This document shows positions 51,380 to 63,590 of a stretch of 64,000 bases of DNA, in pieces. Made by a program: the position numbers and the translations under genes. Under the pieces are notes generated by a model. It saw only the letters and a list, made by a program, of their open reading frames with translations. It was not told the origin of the DNA and did no database searches. How positions within the stretch are numbered: the stretch's first letter is position 1; every line of letters starts with the position of its first letter. The DNA is from Felis catus (lineage: Eukaryota), in the NCBI RefSeq assembly GCF_018350175.1, contig NC_058369.1:111352001-111416000 (forward strand), written 5' to 3'.

Positions 51380-52080
51380 CATTTTTATCTGTTTGAGATC
51401 AGCTCTGTTNNNNNNNNNNNNNNNNNNNNNNNNNNNNNNNNNNNNNNNNNNNNNNNNNNNNNNNNNNNNNNNNNNNNNNNNNNNNNNNNNNNNNNNNNNN
51501 NNNNNNNNNNNNNNNNNNNNNNNNNNNNNNNNNNNNNNNNNNNNNNNNNNNNNNNNNNNNNNNNNNNNNNNNNNNNNNNNNNNNNNNNNNNNNNNNNNNN
51601 NNNNNNNNNNNNNNNNNNNNNNNNNNNNNCTTGGAGCTCTGAGCCCAAATGGCTTTGTGGTATCAAAGGCCTATGTCATTGGAAGAGTGAATGGCTTTCA
51701 TTTTTCCCCTCGAAACTTCCGGTTCCTGGCATCTGTAAAGAATTANNNNNNNNNNNNNNNNNNNNNNNNNNNNNNNNNNNNNNNNNNNNNNNNNNNNNNN
51801 NNNNNNNNNNNNNNNNNNNNNNNNNNNNNNNNNNNNNNNNNNNNNNNNNNNNNNNNNNNNNNNNNNNNNNNNNNNNNNNNNNNNNNNNNNNNNNNNNNNN
51901 NNNNNNNNACATCCAAGTCATGTTTTGTTTGCAAAATATTCCAGTAAGAAAGGGTACTCTCTGATATGTAGTAAGGCCAAAAATGTTAGCAGCAACTTTC
52001 ATTAAGTCATCCTGTGTGCAGGAAAAAGTAAACTTCCCATTTTTACCTTTGGGGAATATTACTTTTGAACAGTGCACAAG
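51380..52080. promoter_or_regulatory. Candidate conserved intronic enhancer (two masked blocks with a motif-dense spacer)
   Basis: N-blocks 51410-51629 and 51746-51908 in non-repeat DNA. The spacer holds RUNX TGTGGT, TCF/LEF ATCAAAG, ETS ACTTCCGG and E-boxes CAAATG/CATCTG. Confidence 0.45.
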
Positions 52081-53654
52081 AATTCATCTTCAGAATCTGT
52101 TACTCTACCAGACCTGAAAAGCACACAGAAATGAACAGCACTGTAGTGATCCAGGAATCTTAAATATGCAGATTCTGTCCTGTAACTGGGTCAACAGGGG
52201 CAGCCACTGAGGCCCCAGACTTCTGATCCATGCCTTATTTCAAAAATTGCATTTCTCAGCACCATTATGTTTTAAATGTTCTGGATAGTCAATAGTGGGG
52301 TGAGGGACTGCGTGGATGGATTCCTAGGGTACTGGCTTGGACTGAAAGTCTGGGTAATGGTTAACATTTACAAACATTCCAATGATTGAATGTGTTGCTT
52401 TTAAGTAATTTTTTTTTACCCTATCTATGCATTAGAATCTGAAAAGAGAGAAAGATGTGATGGGATGGGGACAAAAATAATGTAAAATACTAAGGAAAAC
52501 TGTGAAGCAATTTGATATGTTTTTAATGAGCGATTCTTAATGCAAGTAAGAAGTGTATATTAAAAAACATCAGTATAGAAGATCATGATTAGAAAATTTA
52601 CAAGTATTTATATGGTGTGCAATTTCATTTATCAATCAATTTATTTGTTTACACAAAATCTGTACATGCTTTTACTATTGTAATGAATACCCACTCACTC
52701 CTGGGAATGTCCATCATCTATAATTTGATATAAATTTCTGGATTACTTTTTTCTAAATGATTCTTAGAATATTATTTTACATGTTAAGATATTCCTCCAT
52801 TGATTTCAAGATTATGTTAATTTATTTTATGTTTTATATATTTATATACATTTTAATACTACTGAGGATTAAAACCAGAAAATAAAAATATCATATACCT
52901 ATAAAGTCCTTTACTTTAATGGGTAAACATGTTTCAAAAGTTTTTATTTTTGCTTATTTTATATATAAAACATACAGGGTTTTTACAAAATTGAATTCAT
53001 GCTAAATGTAAAATCCTGTAGTTTTTTTGTTCTATACATGTTTCTACACATTAGCCTTGTTTCAGGTTACTAAAAGTTCTTCAAAACTATGTTTTTCTGG
53101 AATAGGCAGAATACCTTAAAAAGAACCTACTTAAGAAAATAGTCTCACAGATGATGGTGACAGTGGAACAAGCAAGCTTGTCCTTACACTGGATCCTGTA
53201 AGAAAAAAAAAAGTCTCCTTTTTGGAAACATACAGTTCTGAAACTTCTGAAGTCTTAGAGCAACTAGGGAATGTGAATGTTTCCTCTACTTGCACAGCTG
53301 TATGTGTGTGTGTGTATGTGTGTGTATGTAAGAGAAAGAGAGATGCAGAGAGTATTTTTGAAGCCTTTGCATTTCTGTGAGACACGAGTAGTCCTATGAA
53401 TGAGTTGCCTTGTCTTTACTGTCTTAATTTGACATTACTTGAAACCATTATTGTCCCTTGCAGCCTTTTGCAGGAAGATTAGTGATGGTGGGATTGCCTT
53501 GTTGGAATTTAGTTTCCTGAAATTAACGGAGATAGCTGATTTGTTTATTAAAATGAGATTAGGAGTGAAGCTAACACTTAGCTCTGTGAGTCAGCAATAG
53601 TTTTCAATCACTTTCAGACTTAGTTGGATTTATATTTACATTTTTGGAGGAACA

Positions 53655-54150
53655 GTATTGAGTTGGTTACATTTTGCTCTGTAACAAACCATCTTAAAAC
53701 ACAGTGGCTTAAAACCATAAACATGAATGATTTCTCATGAATCTGCTGATCATCTAGTGGTTCCTCTGTTCTAATCCAGTTCAGCTAGGGCTGAATGGTC
53801 TAGGATGGTCTCCTTCACCTTTCCTCTGGGAAAGCTGGCATGGGTGAGAAGCCTGGGGCCTCTCTGTACACGGTCTCATCTTCCAGGGGACTAGCCCTGG
53901 TTTGTTCGTACTGTGAGGCACAACAGGTTCTTAGGAACCAGGAGGGGCATGCCCCAGTGGGCAAGTACTTTTCAAGTGTCTGCTTCTCACTTGCTATTAA
54001 TTATCTCATTGGTCAAAGCACATCAAATGTCCAAGGTCAGAGTCACCATGGGAGGAGACTACTTTGTGGGAGCAGACTACTGCACATGGGAGGGCATGTA
54101 CAGAGGAAGGAATGATTCACTGTGGCCCTTACTGCTACATTTATAACACC
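53655..54150 (-). mobile_element. MLT1-type (ERVL-MaLR) solo LTR
   Basis: tgtaacaaaccatcttaaaacacagtggcttaaaac...tttctcatgaatctg...cattggtcaaagca...ccaaggtcagagtc pattern. Confidence 0.75.
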
Positions 54151-54769
54151 ATCATCTCCCTAATTTCTGAAACACATTTAAATTAGATAAATACAGCACC
54201 TAATTTTAAGTTTTTAATAATTTTTATATTTATGTTTCTGCAAAACTTATGTTGAGATCAATAAACCTAAATATATAGAAACTTGTTTTTGAAAAGAAAC
54301 AAGGCATAGTGTGTTTGAAAAGAAACAAAACAAGTGTGTTTTTTGTTTGTTTGGTTGGTTGGTTGGTTTTTTTTAAAGCAAAAACAAAGCCAAGCAAAAC
54401 AAAAAACCCAACCCTGTGAGAGAACAAGACTGTCTCCTAGTTTGGGCCTATCATTCTAGGTACTTGAGATATGTATGAGAATAATTAATACATGTGTTTT
54501 AACACAACTGTGATCTGGCATGCCAAAAAGACATTTTTTAAGTTCTCTTATTTATCACAGAAATTTATCCTGTTATGTCATCTGTTTAAAAAAACAACAA
54601 TTTACTATACATTAGTACTATGAAACTCAACTGATTAGCATTTTCACATTGTTTTAGATGAAGGCAGGTTCTAAACGGTAAATGGTTTTATTAGCAGCTC
54701 TTAGATATATAATATGCATAAAAATATTGTATGTTTTGCCCAACAGAAAATGTAATGCTTTTTCAAAAA

Positions 54770-54971
54770 ATTTTTAAGTTTATTTATTTAATTTGAGAGA
54801 GAGAAAGAGAGAGAGCAAGCACAAGCAGGGTAGGGGCAAAGAGAGAGAGGGAGAGAGAGGATCAGAAAAAGGCTGTGTGAGACACAGGGTTCAAACCCAT
54901 GAACCGGAGATTATGACCTGAACCAAAAACAAGAGTCAGGTATTTAACCAACTGAACCACCCAGCTGCCCC
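54770..54971 (-). mobile_element. CAN-SINE
   Basis: (GA)n tail and ...caactgaaccacccagctgcccc head. Confidence 0.9.
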
Positions 54972-56258
54972 TCAAAATTGTAATTTTTAAAAATCAGAAT
55001 CAATTACAGTCATCTCATCTTGGGAAGGCAGAATCCTGGGTAATTTGTAGGTAAAGGCATCCCCCAGTAACATGCCTAGTTCATATATGAAATAGATAGG
55101 GAATATCGATAAGATATCCAAAGATATTGTAGATTCCCACATATTTATGATTTTGTGTAAATATGATTTCCCATAAATCTATCTGAGAGTATGTAAAAAA
55201 AGGAGCATGTGTCTTGGAGACAGACTTGAATTAAAATTCTGACTCTGTTAATTACTGTGTCACCGTGAACAAAATCCTCTAATTTTCTGTGCTTCCATAG
55301 GGATAATGTGGAATAAAAAAGGCAGCAACTCAAAGGGCACATAGAAAGTCTCAGTGTTGGTTGCCTTCCCTTCTCCCCTTTTCCTCTTTCTCTTACTATT
55401 ACTTCAACTACTGAAAGCAATCGAAACCTTCCTGAGAAGTTGCGCGTTAGACAATTTGGGAGCGAGGACGGAGATGTGATTCTCGGTTAGTCTGAATGTC
55501 GCTGGCCCAAGAAAAGGGACAGGCTGTTGGCACCAGCATCAGACCTATCTTTCCGTGGTTCTTTCCTCCTCTCCAATTTTCCAGTGTCTACTTTTTCAGA
55601 GACCCTGCTAAATTTCAGTGCACACTGATAGACTGGATTGCGCTGCCTAACCTTAGTGCCATTATTACTTCAGGGAAAAGGCAGTATGGGACCATAATGA
55701 GAACTTAAAACACAAAAGTCAAAACTTTAAGTGAGTTTACAGATACACTGGTGCTTGCAGCACCTCTGGGAAGTGGACAGGGTGGGCAGGATGAAAGTCG
55801 GCGACTGTCTGGGATGCCACCTGTAAGGGTTTACCAATTCTGTGACTTAAATTTGTGCTTTTGCTAAACATTGGATGGCTTAATTTGTCAGAGTCCAAAT
55901 CAAAAACACTTCAGGACAACCATAATGCTACTCTGAGAGAACCCAGGGACACACTAATTAGGAATAAAGAGGTGAGATGGAGAAGACGGTGTATCTGGGT
56001 AACTTCACAGGGTAAAATCCTTGCATGGGCCATGGCAGCTCGGAAATCTGCATAGTAACAGACTTGTCACAAATCAAGGACAACTCGACAGAACAATTAG
56101 AATTAACATTTCACTCTGACATTTATCAAAAATCTCTGTCCACATTTTGCCCTTTGCAACCAAAACTATGGTTTTGTCCTAACATTTAGTAAGCGATTGC
56201 CTAACTTTAAACATCCGTTTATAAGGTATGCACTTCCTGCTACGAGAGCAAAGAAAAA

Positions 56259-56382
56259 TTACATCTTTTGAAATCCTTACATCCTATATGAATCCCAAAC
56301 TTATTCCATTTGAATGACAATTACATATTTTGAAATCCACACATACTATATGAATCCTACACTTATTCCATTTGAATGACAA
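56259..56382 (+). repeat. 62-bp tandem duplication (2 copies)
   Basis: ttacatcttttgaaatccttacatcctatatgaatcccaaacttattccatttgaatgacaa is repeated with a few substitutions at 56321-56382. Confidence 0.92.
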
Positions 56383-58321
56383 ATGCTTTAAGAATTCAAG
56401 AAAATATTAAATATTTTATGGTAGATAGCATCTGTTTCAGTGACCTCTTCTTCAAAACCTGTTTCATTTTATTCTTTCCAAAAACTCTCTAAATTGTATC
56501 AAAGAAAACCAGATATACCAGAGTATATCATATTTTTTCTATAACGAAAGGAACACAATTCTGATTTTCTAATTCATCCAATATAAAATAATACTTAAAA
56601 TATTTTATTTCTGAACAGAAGCTCAGAGGAAACCAAAAACTTAAAGGTGTTATGGTATTTTGTAAGGTATAATGTGATTATGTCCTGACTTCCTATTTCC
56701 ATCATGCATATTCATGTATCAGGATGCACAGTTCTCCCAAAGAATTAATTTTTGAAATTAAATAAAATACATCAAAAGTCATGATAAGGGGAAAAGTCCA
56801 TTTTCACATGTCCAATTGTGCAAATTAATAACTGATCTTTAAGAAGACAAAGATATGTTAGAGCAAATCTATGTTGAATTTCTCTAGTTTTTCTCTGTCC
56901 TGAATATCTTGCCCACTTTTCTACATTGAGGCACAAACTAGTATGTTCCCAATTCCATATTTTCAATGTTATTCAGTTCTTTAAGACATAGTGAGCTAAC
57001 ACATGAAATATAACATGTTTACAAAGGATTCCAAATTGGAAAAGCTGGGGAGAAAGCAACGCAATGAAATTAGCCGACAGGTCTGAAAAAAAGGGGGGTG
57101 AAGAAAACCGTAATGTCCACTCCCCCAACCCCTCCTCCCCCTACCTGGGGAGTGTTATATTCCTATTTTTTCCCCCAGACAGGACAATACAAATATCATC
57201 TGGAGTTGCTCCTCCACTCTCTCCCCTTTCTCCACAACACTGGCACACATTCAGTCCATTACTAATTTTAGCCACTTCCTTTTGCATATTCCCACAACCA
57301 GATCTTAGGCCAAGCCCTGACCTTGTCCTGCCTTGACTAATGTGGCATCCCTGCCACTCCTGGGCTGGGGAAGAGGGTGGCTGAGAGAGAAACAATATCA
57401 AAAACAGCCCTTCAAAACTAGAAGCATTCCCTGCTACCATGCAAGTGTCATCCGTTAAATCCTCTTGAGAGCACAGAAGTGTCCTTGCTGGAATTAAGAC
57501 CCAGTGACACCTGTGTGCTCTGCCCGGCCTGCCTGCAAGCACAGCCTTAGCAAGGTTTAACTGGCCACACACAGAAAAGGAGTCTTTGGTTCACAAAGTT
57601 GCAGCTCCTATGCTGTTTTAACTTTTGTTCACATTTTTCTTCCTCCATACTTTTGATTTGGGCAGATTTTGGCCTTCCCTTGGTTAGGAATACTAGAAGT
57701 ATTGTGGACCCTTCCTTACCTTTTGTGACTTTAGGATTCAGCATTCTCCCAGCATTCTCCATACTATATAAAACTCTATTGCCATCCATTTTTCCTCCAA
57801 TATTTTGATTCTAACTAGCTAACCGTATTTGAATGCATGTGAATGTATTTGAATGGATGTGAATGACACATTCTCATTGATACCCACAGCCACATCTGTG
57901 GGTGACAAATGGATATTCTCAAATGACTTTCTCATCTGCTTTGAGCTTGATATTCTAGTCATTTTAGTTATTTCAAAAAGAGGGAAAAAGAGGATTTGGA
58001 GCAATGATAGAGTCAAGAATTTGCTCAAAGTCTAAACATATTAGTGATTTCAATAGCTGCTGAAACGCTAAATCTGACTTTAAACATATGAACATCAGGA
58101 GAGCTATTCTCTTGCATATACACAGATTGGATAATAATTTTTCTAAAAGCCCATAGAGCTTGCCTATGACCAACAACTAATTACTAATCTACATTACAAT
58201 AAATTAAGATTGGGGAGGAAAGGAGTAAAATATCAATTAACACTGGTTAACAAAGATTTTCAATATTTTACAGGAAGTGGAATACTTTTTTTTTACTGAT
58301 ATGAGGAAATGGATAGATAAG

Positions 58322-58470
58322 TGTCATCCAGCAGAAATATAATGCAAGCCACATACGTGATTTTATATTTTGTAGTAGTCACATTAAAAAAATAAAAAGA
58401 AATAGGTAAAATTAGTTTTAATATATATTTTAATTTTAATCAATATGTTTTACCCAATATACCTAATATA
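58322..58470 (+). mobile_element. MER33-like fragment
   Basis: tccagcagaaatataatgcaagccacatacgtgattttatattttgtagtagtcacattaaaaaa. Confidence 0.72.
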
Positions 58471-58554
58471 TAGTCAGGGTTCATAGTAAAATAATCTAGT
58501 GAGATCTTGTTTTTAAAGGTATTAAATAAATAAATGAATAAATTTTAAATTTAA

Positions 58555-58561
58555 ATCTATC

Positions 58562-58613
<52 letters not shown>

Positions 58614-58624
58614 CCTACCTATCT
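58555..58624 (+). repeat. (TCTA)n tetranucleotide microsatellite
   Basis: Direct reading. Confidence 0.96.
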
Positions 58625-58677
58625 GCAGGAGTCTAGATCCTTTAATGTGCTAATTGGTGTTGTGGATCCATAAGAAT

Positions 58678-58908
58678 GAAGATTTTCCAATCTCAGCACT
58701 ACTGACATTCCAAAATGTCAGCCCAATAATTCTTTGTTGTGTGGGGCTCTCCTGTGCATTTTAGTATTTTAGCAGCATCTCTCACCTCTACCCATTACAT
58801 GCCAATGGCACACTTCCCTACCTCCTCACCAGTTGGGCGGCCAAAAGTGTCTCAACAGTGTCAAAAATCCTTTGAGGAGCAAAATTTGCTACCATTGAGA
58901 ACAACCAT
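58678..58908 (+). mobile_element. MER20 hAT-Charlie element
   Basis: ctcagcactactgacatt...ataattctttgttgtgtggggctctcctgtgcatt...tagcagcatc...ctctacccattacatgcca...ttgagaac. Confidence 0.85.
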
Positions 58909-59639
58909 TTGCTCACATCTACTTATCTAAATAGGTCTGAGTCTTGTATTCCAGTGGTTAACTGAACACATACATCCACGATTATATAAAAATTAAATTA
59001 ATTGAAAACATTGTAGACAATATAACATATTTTACTGGAACAAAACATGAACCTATAGTCAGTAGCTAAATTAAACCTATCATTGAAAGAAAGAATCTAC
59101 TTTATGTGTGAGCAGACTTGTGTCCTTAAAGACCTAGATTCTGACCCATCTGTTTGAAACCTGTCCCCAGTCTTTCCTATATGAGTGGCAAATGCCCCAT
59201 CTCTCTTGCTTTTGTGCCAATCAGGTCTTTTGTTCACATGTGGTAAAAGGTCTGGCTCCTCTTAACATTTTCCGTTTTTGCTTTCTTGTCCCGGAGCAGT
59301 AACAAAATTTCCAAAGTGCCACAGCAAAACTGAACCATTTAGTTTGTATAATTAAGTTCCCATATGCATGCTGATTGCATGTCTGACTCACTTATTTCCT
59401 CCCAAATTGTAAGCTCCTTGAGTTTAAGGACTTTGTTGATTTTTAATACCTATCATGGGTCAAGGAAACTTGTCAGTAATATAATATTTGCTTGATGGTT
59501 GACAATAAAAATGGAATATTTTTGTAAAACCAACAACCTGTTCCTATTAATTTTTATTTTTTTTGACATCATTTACATGCTGGACACTGGAATGGACACG
59601 AATACACAGGTCCTACCCTCACAAAACTCCCAGGTTAGC

Positions 59640-59848
59640 ACAGTGGTTTGCCACTTGGGGGGTTTTGTATTTAGGGGAATTTGACAAAATCTTCAGAAAC
59701 TTATGATGATAACATTTTTGGAGGATTGCTAATAACATCTTGTTCATAGAAATGAAAGATGTTAAACGCCCTGCCAACATAGGACAGAGCCCCACAGCAA
59801 AGAATTATTTGACACAAATGTCAATAGTACTGAGCTTTAGAGTCCCTG
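59640..59848 (-). mobile_element. MER20 element, opposite orientation
   Basis: cagtggttt...aggacagagccccacagcaaagaattatttgacacaaatgtcaatagtactgag. Confidence 0.75.
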
Positions 59849-59899
59849 GAAAGAGAAGACCAAGTCACCAACAGTTTAAAATAAAAGCAATGCATGCCA

Positions 59900-60881
59900 T
59901 GATAGAGTTAGGTATAGGATTCACAAGAGCTTAGAAAAGGAAAAAGAATTCAGAGAGCTTGACTAAGAGGTAGAAAAGCCTCCCCAGAGGAGATAAGCCA
60001 GGCTGGGCGCACAGGTTGGAAACCACCAGCATTTTGAATGAAGGATGAGTCACTGGTTACCCCCAGGAACAAAGTATAGAAATAGAGTCCAGGGCTGTGG
60101 ATGGAGCTCCAGTGAAGCCAATTTTCAAAGGCAAGACCAGGAAGAAGAACGTGCAAAGGGGATGATAGGGAAGACCTAGAAAGATGGAAAGTAGGGATGT
60201 TGTTTCTTGGAAGCCGGAGCTGAAGATTATTTCAAGGAAATAATTGCTTACACTGTCAAGCACCTCAAAGAAGCTCAGTGAGATAAACCAGAAAAGTCTC
60301 TTCAACATTGGTAAAGAGTCACTGGTAACTTTAATGAGTGAAATCTCAACTGAAGGAGGTACAAGACAGATTGTCTTAGGCAAACTAATGAGTAGGAGGA
60401 GAGGAAAAAGTATGGGTTTGTCTTCAGGAAGCATGTTTATGATTATTTATAGAAGGAAAAAATTGAACAGTCTAACAGTCTAATAAAGGAAGTATTTAAA
60501 TTGTTACACTTATAATGCAATAATAAACAACCACTAACAGACTGTTTGTGAAGGGTATTTGAGACAGGAAACATGGTCACAGTAAATGAAAAAAAAAAGA
60601 TGCAAAACTTTATGCAGTATGATACCCATTTTTTTTATAAGGAGTGAAAAACAAAACTACAAAAAACCCCAAAACCAAAATATTAGCAGTTGTCATCCTT
60701 GGGTGGTGTATATTATGGGCAATTATTATTTTCTTCTTTGAATATCTTTATTCTCCAAACATTCTAAAATGAGCATGTACTCCTTTTAAAATCAGAGGAG
60801 ATTTTCTTTTTTAAGAAGCTTGGCTGAGAAAGAAAAGAGAAAGTTCTGGCAGTAAGCTGAAGAGAATGGGAGTGTAGAAAG

Positions 60882-60924
<43 letters not shown>

Positions 60925-61720
60925 TGTGTGTATTTGAGTTGGAAGCAAAGAGAGCATTTTGTATGTAGAAAGGAGAGAGCCAGTACACCAAGAGAGGCTG
61001 AAGATACAGGAGCATGGATGATTGATAGAGCATGTCCCTGAGGGAGCGGGAAGGGATGGAATCCAGATCACAGGTGGTGGGATTAGCCTTGGCTAAGAGG
61101 AGAGACATTGCTTCAACTGAAAAATGAGGAAAAGAGGTAAGGATGGATGTGGGTGCTGATAAGAATGTAGAGGAGGGGGCAGGAAGTGGAGGGAGTTGCT
61201 GTCTGTTGGCCTCTATTTCCTTTGTGAAGTAAAAGGTGAGGTCATTTGCTGAGTGGGGTCAAGGGTTTATAGAGAATGATGGGGATTTGGAAGGGCTGCT
61301 AAGGGGAAAGAGGGAGGAAGGGGACTTGGGACATATAGACAGATTGTCCGGCTGACTTGAGAGGCCAGCTGAGGCATGAGACTGAATTTTTAATGAAGGG
61401 CACCCACTGCTGTTTCTCTATGGCTTTCTCTAGTAGCGGTCTGTAACATTAAAAATAAAGAAAACAAATAGTGAGACTGATGAGAAGGTTGCAAATCTGG
61501 GGAAAGACCCTGAAAAAACGGTATTTTGAGTCCTGGAACTGATCATGGAGTTTATGCTAGAAATGGACAGAAATAAAGCCAGAAGAGGGATGAAGGGAAG
61601 AGAAGTCACAATGAGGTCCTCAAGCTGCAGTAATGGGAGACAGGGAGTGACAAAACTAGAATAAGGAGAGCTTTCAGCTAAGAGTGGGGTACTGGGAGGT
61701 AAGATTCTAGGCATGAGAGT
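59900..61720 (-). mobile_element. Degraded L2 fragments with an embedded (TG)n at ~60883-60932
   Basis: agggatggaatccagatcacaggtggtgggattagccttgg; ggcctctatttcctttgtgaagtaaaaggtgaggtcatttgctgagtg. Confidence 0.6.
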
Positions 61721-61904
61721 GCAGATGGAGGTCAGAGGTGTAGGTCAGCTGCTGTCTCCATGGACAATCCCAGCTAGTATGGTCAGTCACTGCACAATGA
61801 AAACTCCCAGAACACAGAAACTCCCATAAAATCAATAAAAAAATCAATGTAGATTAAAGTACTCTGTCTCCTGTCTCTTCCCCTGGCTCTGTCTCTACAC
61901 ACAA

Positions 61905-61909
61905 GTGCG

Positions 61910-61954
<45 letters not shown>

Positions 61955-61967
61955 ACACACACACACA
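61905..61967 (+). repeat. (CA)n microsatellite
   Basis: Direct reading. Confidence 0.96.
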
Positions 61968-62154
61968 GGTACATGTGTATAATTTGAAATATAATTAAGA
62001 AAATAATGTAGTTGTTAAAAACAGACTCCCAACAAAGAATGCTGGACCTTTTTTTTTCAATTCCAGATATTTAATTGCTATATATCATGATCAAGTCACT
62101 TTCATATTACAGAACAATTTTTTCATTGGTAAAATGGGTTAAATTACATCTGTT

Positions 62155-62371
62155 TTTTAAAATTTTTTTAATGTTTATTTATTTTTGACAGAGGGAGAGA
62201 CAGAGCATGAGCGGGGGAGGGGCAGCGAGAGGGGGAGACACAGAATCTGAAGCAGGCTTCAGTCTCTGAGCTGTCGGCACAGAGCCCAACGTGGGGCTCG
62301 AGCCCACTAACTGCGAGATCATGACCTAGCCGATCTCAGACACTCAACCGACTGAGCCACCCAGGCGCCCC
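62155..62371 (-). mobile_element. CAN-SINE (SINEC_Fc-like)
   Basis: TSD aaattacatctgttttttaa / aaattacatgttttttaa; head ccaggcgcccc. Confidence 0.94.
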
Positions 62372-62421
62372 AAATTACATGTTTTTTAAGAGCTAGATTA
62401 TAATTTTAAAATATAGTCAGA

Positions 62422-62633
62422 GGGGCGCCTGGGTGGCACAGTCAGTTAAGCGTCCGACTTCAGCCAGGTCACGATCTCGTGGTCCGTGAGTTCGAGCCCT
62501 GTGTCAGGCTCTGGGCTGATGGCTCAGAGCCTGGAGCCTGTTTCAGATTCTGTGTCTCTCTCTCTCTCTCTGCCCCTCCCCCGTTCATGCTCTGTCTCTC
62601 TCTGTCCCAAAAATAAATAAAAAACGTTGAAAA
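62422..62633 (+). mobile_element. Young felid SINEC_Fc-type CAN-SINE
   Basis: ggggcgcctgggtggcacagtcagttaagcgtccgacttcagccaggtcacgatctc...ctctgggctgatggctcagag; perfect 14-bp TSD aaaatatagtcaga (62408-62421 / 62634-62647). Confidence 0.95.
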
Positions 62634-63339
62634 AAAATATAGTCAGAATTTTGGGAACCCCAAATACTATAGTTTAACAAATATTTATTGTTCCCTGTGA
62701 CTGGGGCATCTAATGGTGAACAGAAGAGACTCATTCTTCTCTCTCACAGATTTAGAAGCAAATAGGGGAATTTCAGGGATTATATCATGCAAGTAATAGG
62801 GCACCTTCCTTGCTCTGTGATTCTATTCCTTACTCTATCCCAAGACGTAACTCATGGTTCTGCCAGAACCCTGCTGGACACAGAGCTGTCTCCTGAGAAA
62901 TATCAGGGAAGAAGGATTTTTATTATTTGTGATCACAATTTGTCAATTTTTCATCTCATGTTACTTTTGTATCTATTTAATTATTTGAATGCAATTTTAC
63001 GATCTTACTTGCAAGGTATTATTTTCATATACTTATATACACACACACGCACAGATGTAATAAATACACACACACATACATACAGGTATATGCATACACA
63101 CATGTATATACACACATATAAACATATTCTGGTAGGAAAAATTCATGCATAAGCAAAGCCTAAAGGTGACTAAATATTCAGAATATTAACCCATTAACAA
63201 TCAGCATATTGGCGACAGTGTCGATGATAAATCTGTTCATCTAACAGGATGTTTTATTTGCATATAAATAGGACTTCCTAAAATGGACAATTTGATTTCC
63301 GCATAATTTGAATACTTTCTGCAGGTTTGCTAATGATTT

Positions 63340-63590
63340 TTCATATGTTCTAAATGCCTAGAATGTGCCTAGCATTGTGCTAGGTATTTTAAGTGAGTCG
63401 TCTCATTTAACTTTGAGAGCCATCTCTATTAGATACTAGCAGTAGATACTACTGTTATTCAAAACTTACAAATTCAAAATATGGGACAACTGAGATTTTA
63501 AGAAGTTAAGTAATTTGCCTATCGTGCAGCTGTTAAGTGATAAATACAAAACAGTCTGATTTCAGAGGCCATGCTTTTCATCATTGCTCC
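63340..63590 (-). mobile_element. MIR SINE remnant
   Basis: gtgcctagcattgtgctagg...tctcatttaac...caactgagattttaagaagttaagtaatttgcct...cagtctgatttcagaggcc. Confidence 0.65.

Noticed and set aside
7045-52077. ORF-track entries containing long X runs (7045-7785, 19375-20730, 33397-33756, 36907-37209, 51385-52077)
   Set aside because: They are open only because Ns cannot encode stops; there is no coding evidence.
57547-58035. Minus-strand exon-like ORFs (…ISSSKQMRKSFENIHLSP…; MDGNRVLYSMENAGR…)
   Set aside because: No recognisable protein, weak splice context and no partner exons; the lengths are expected by chance.
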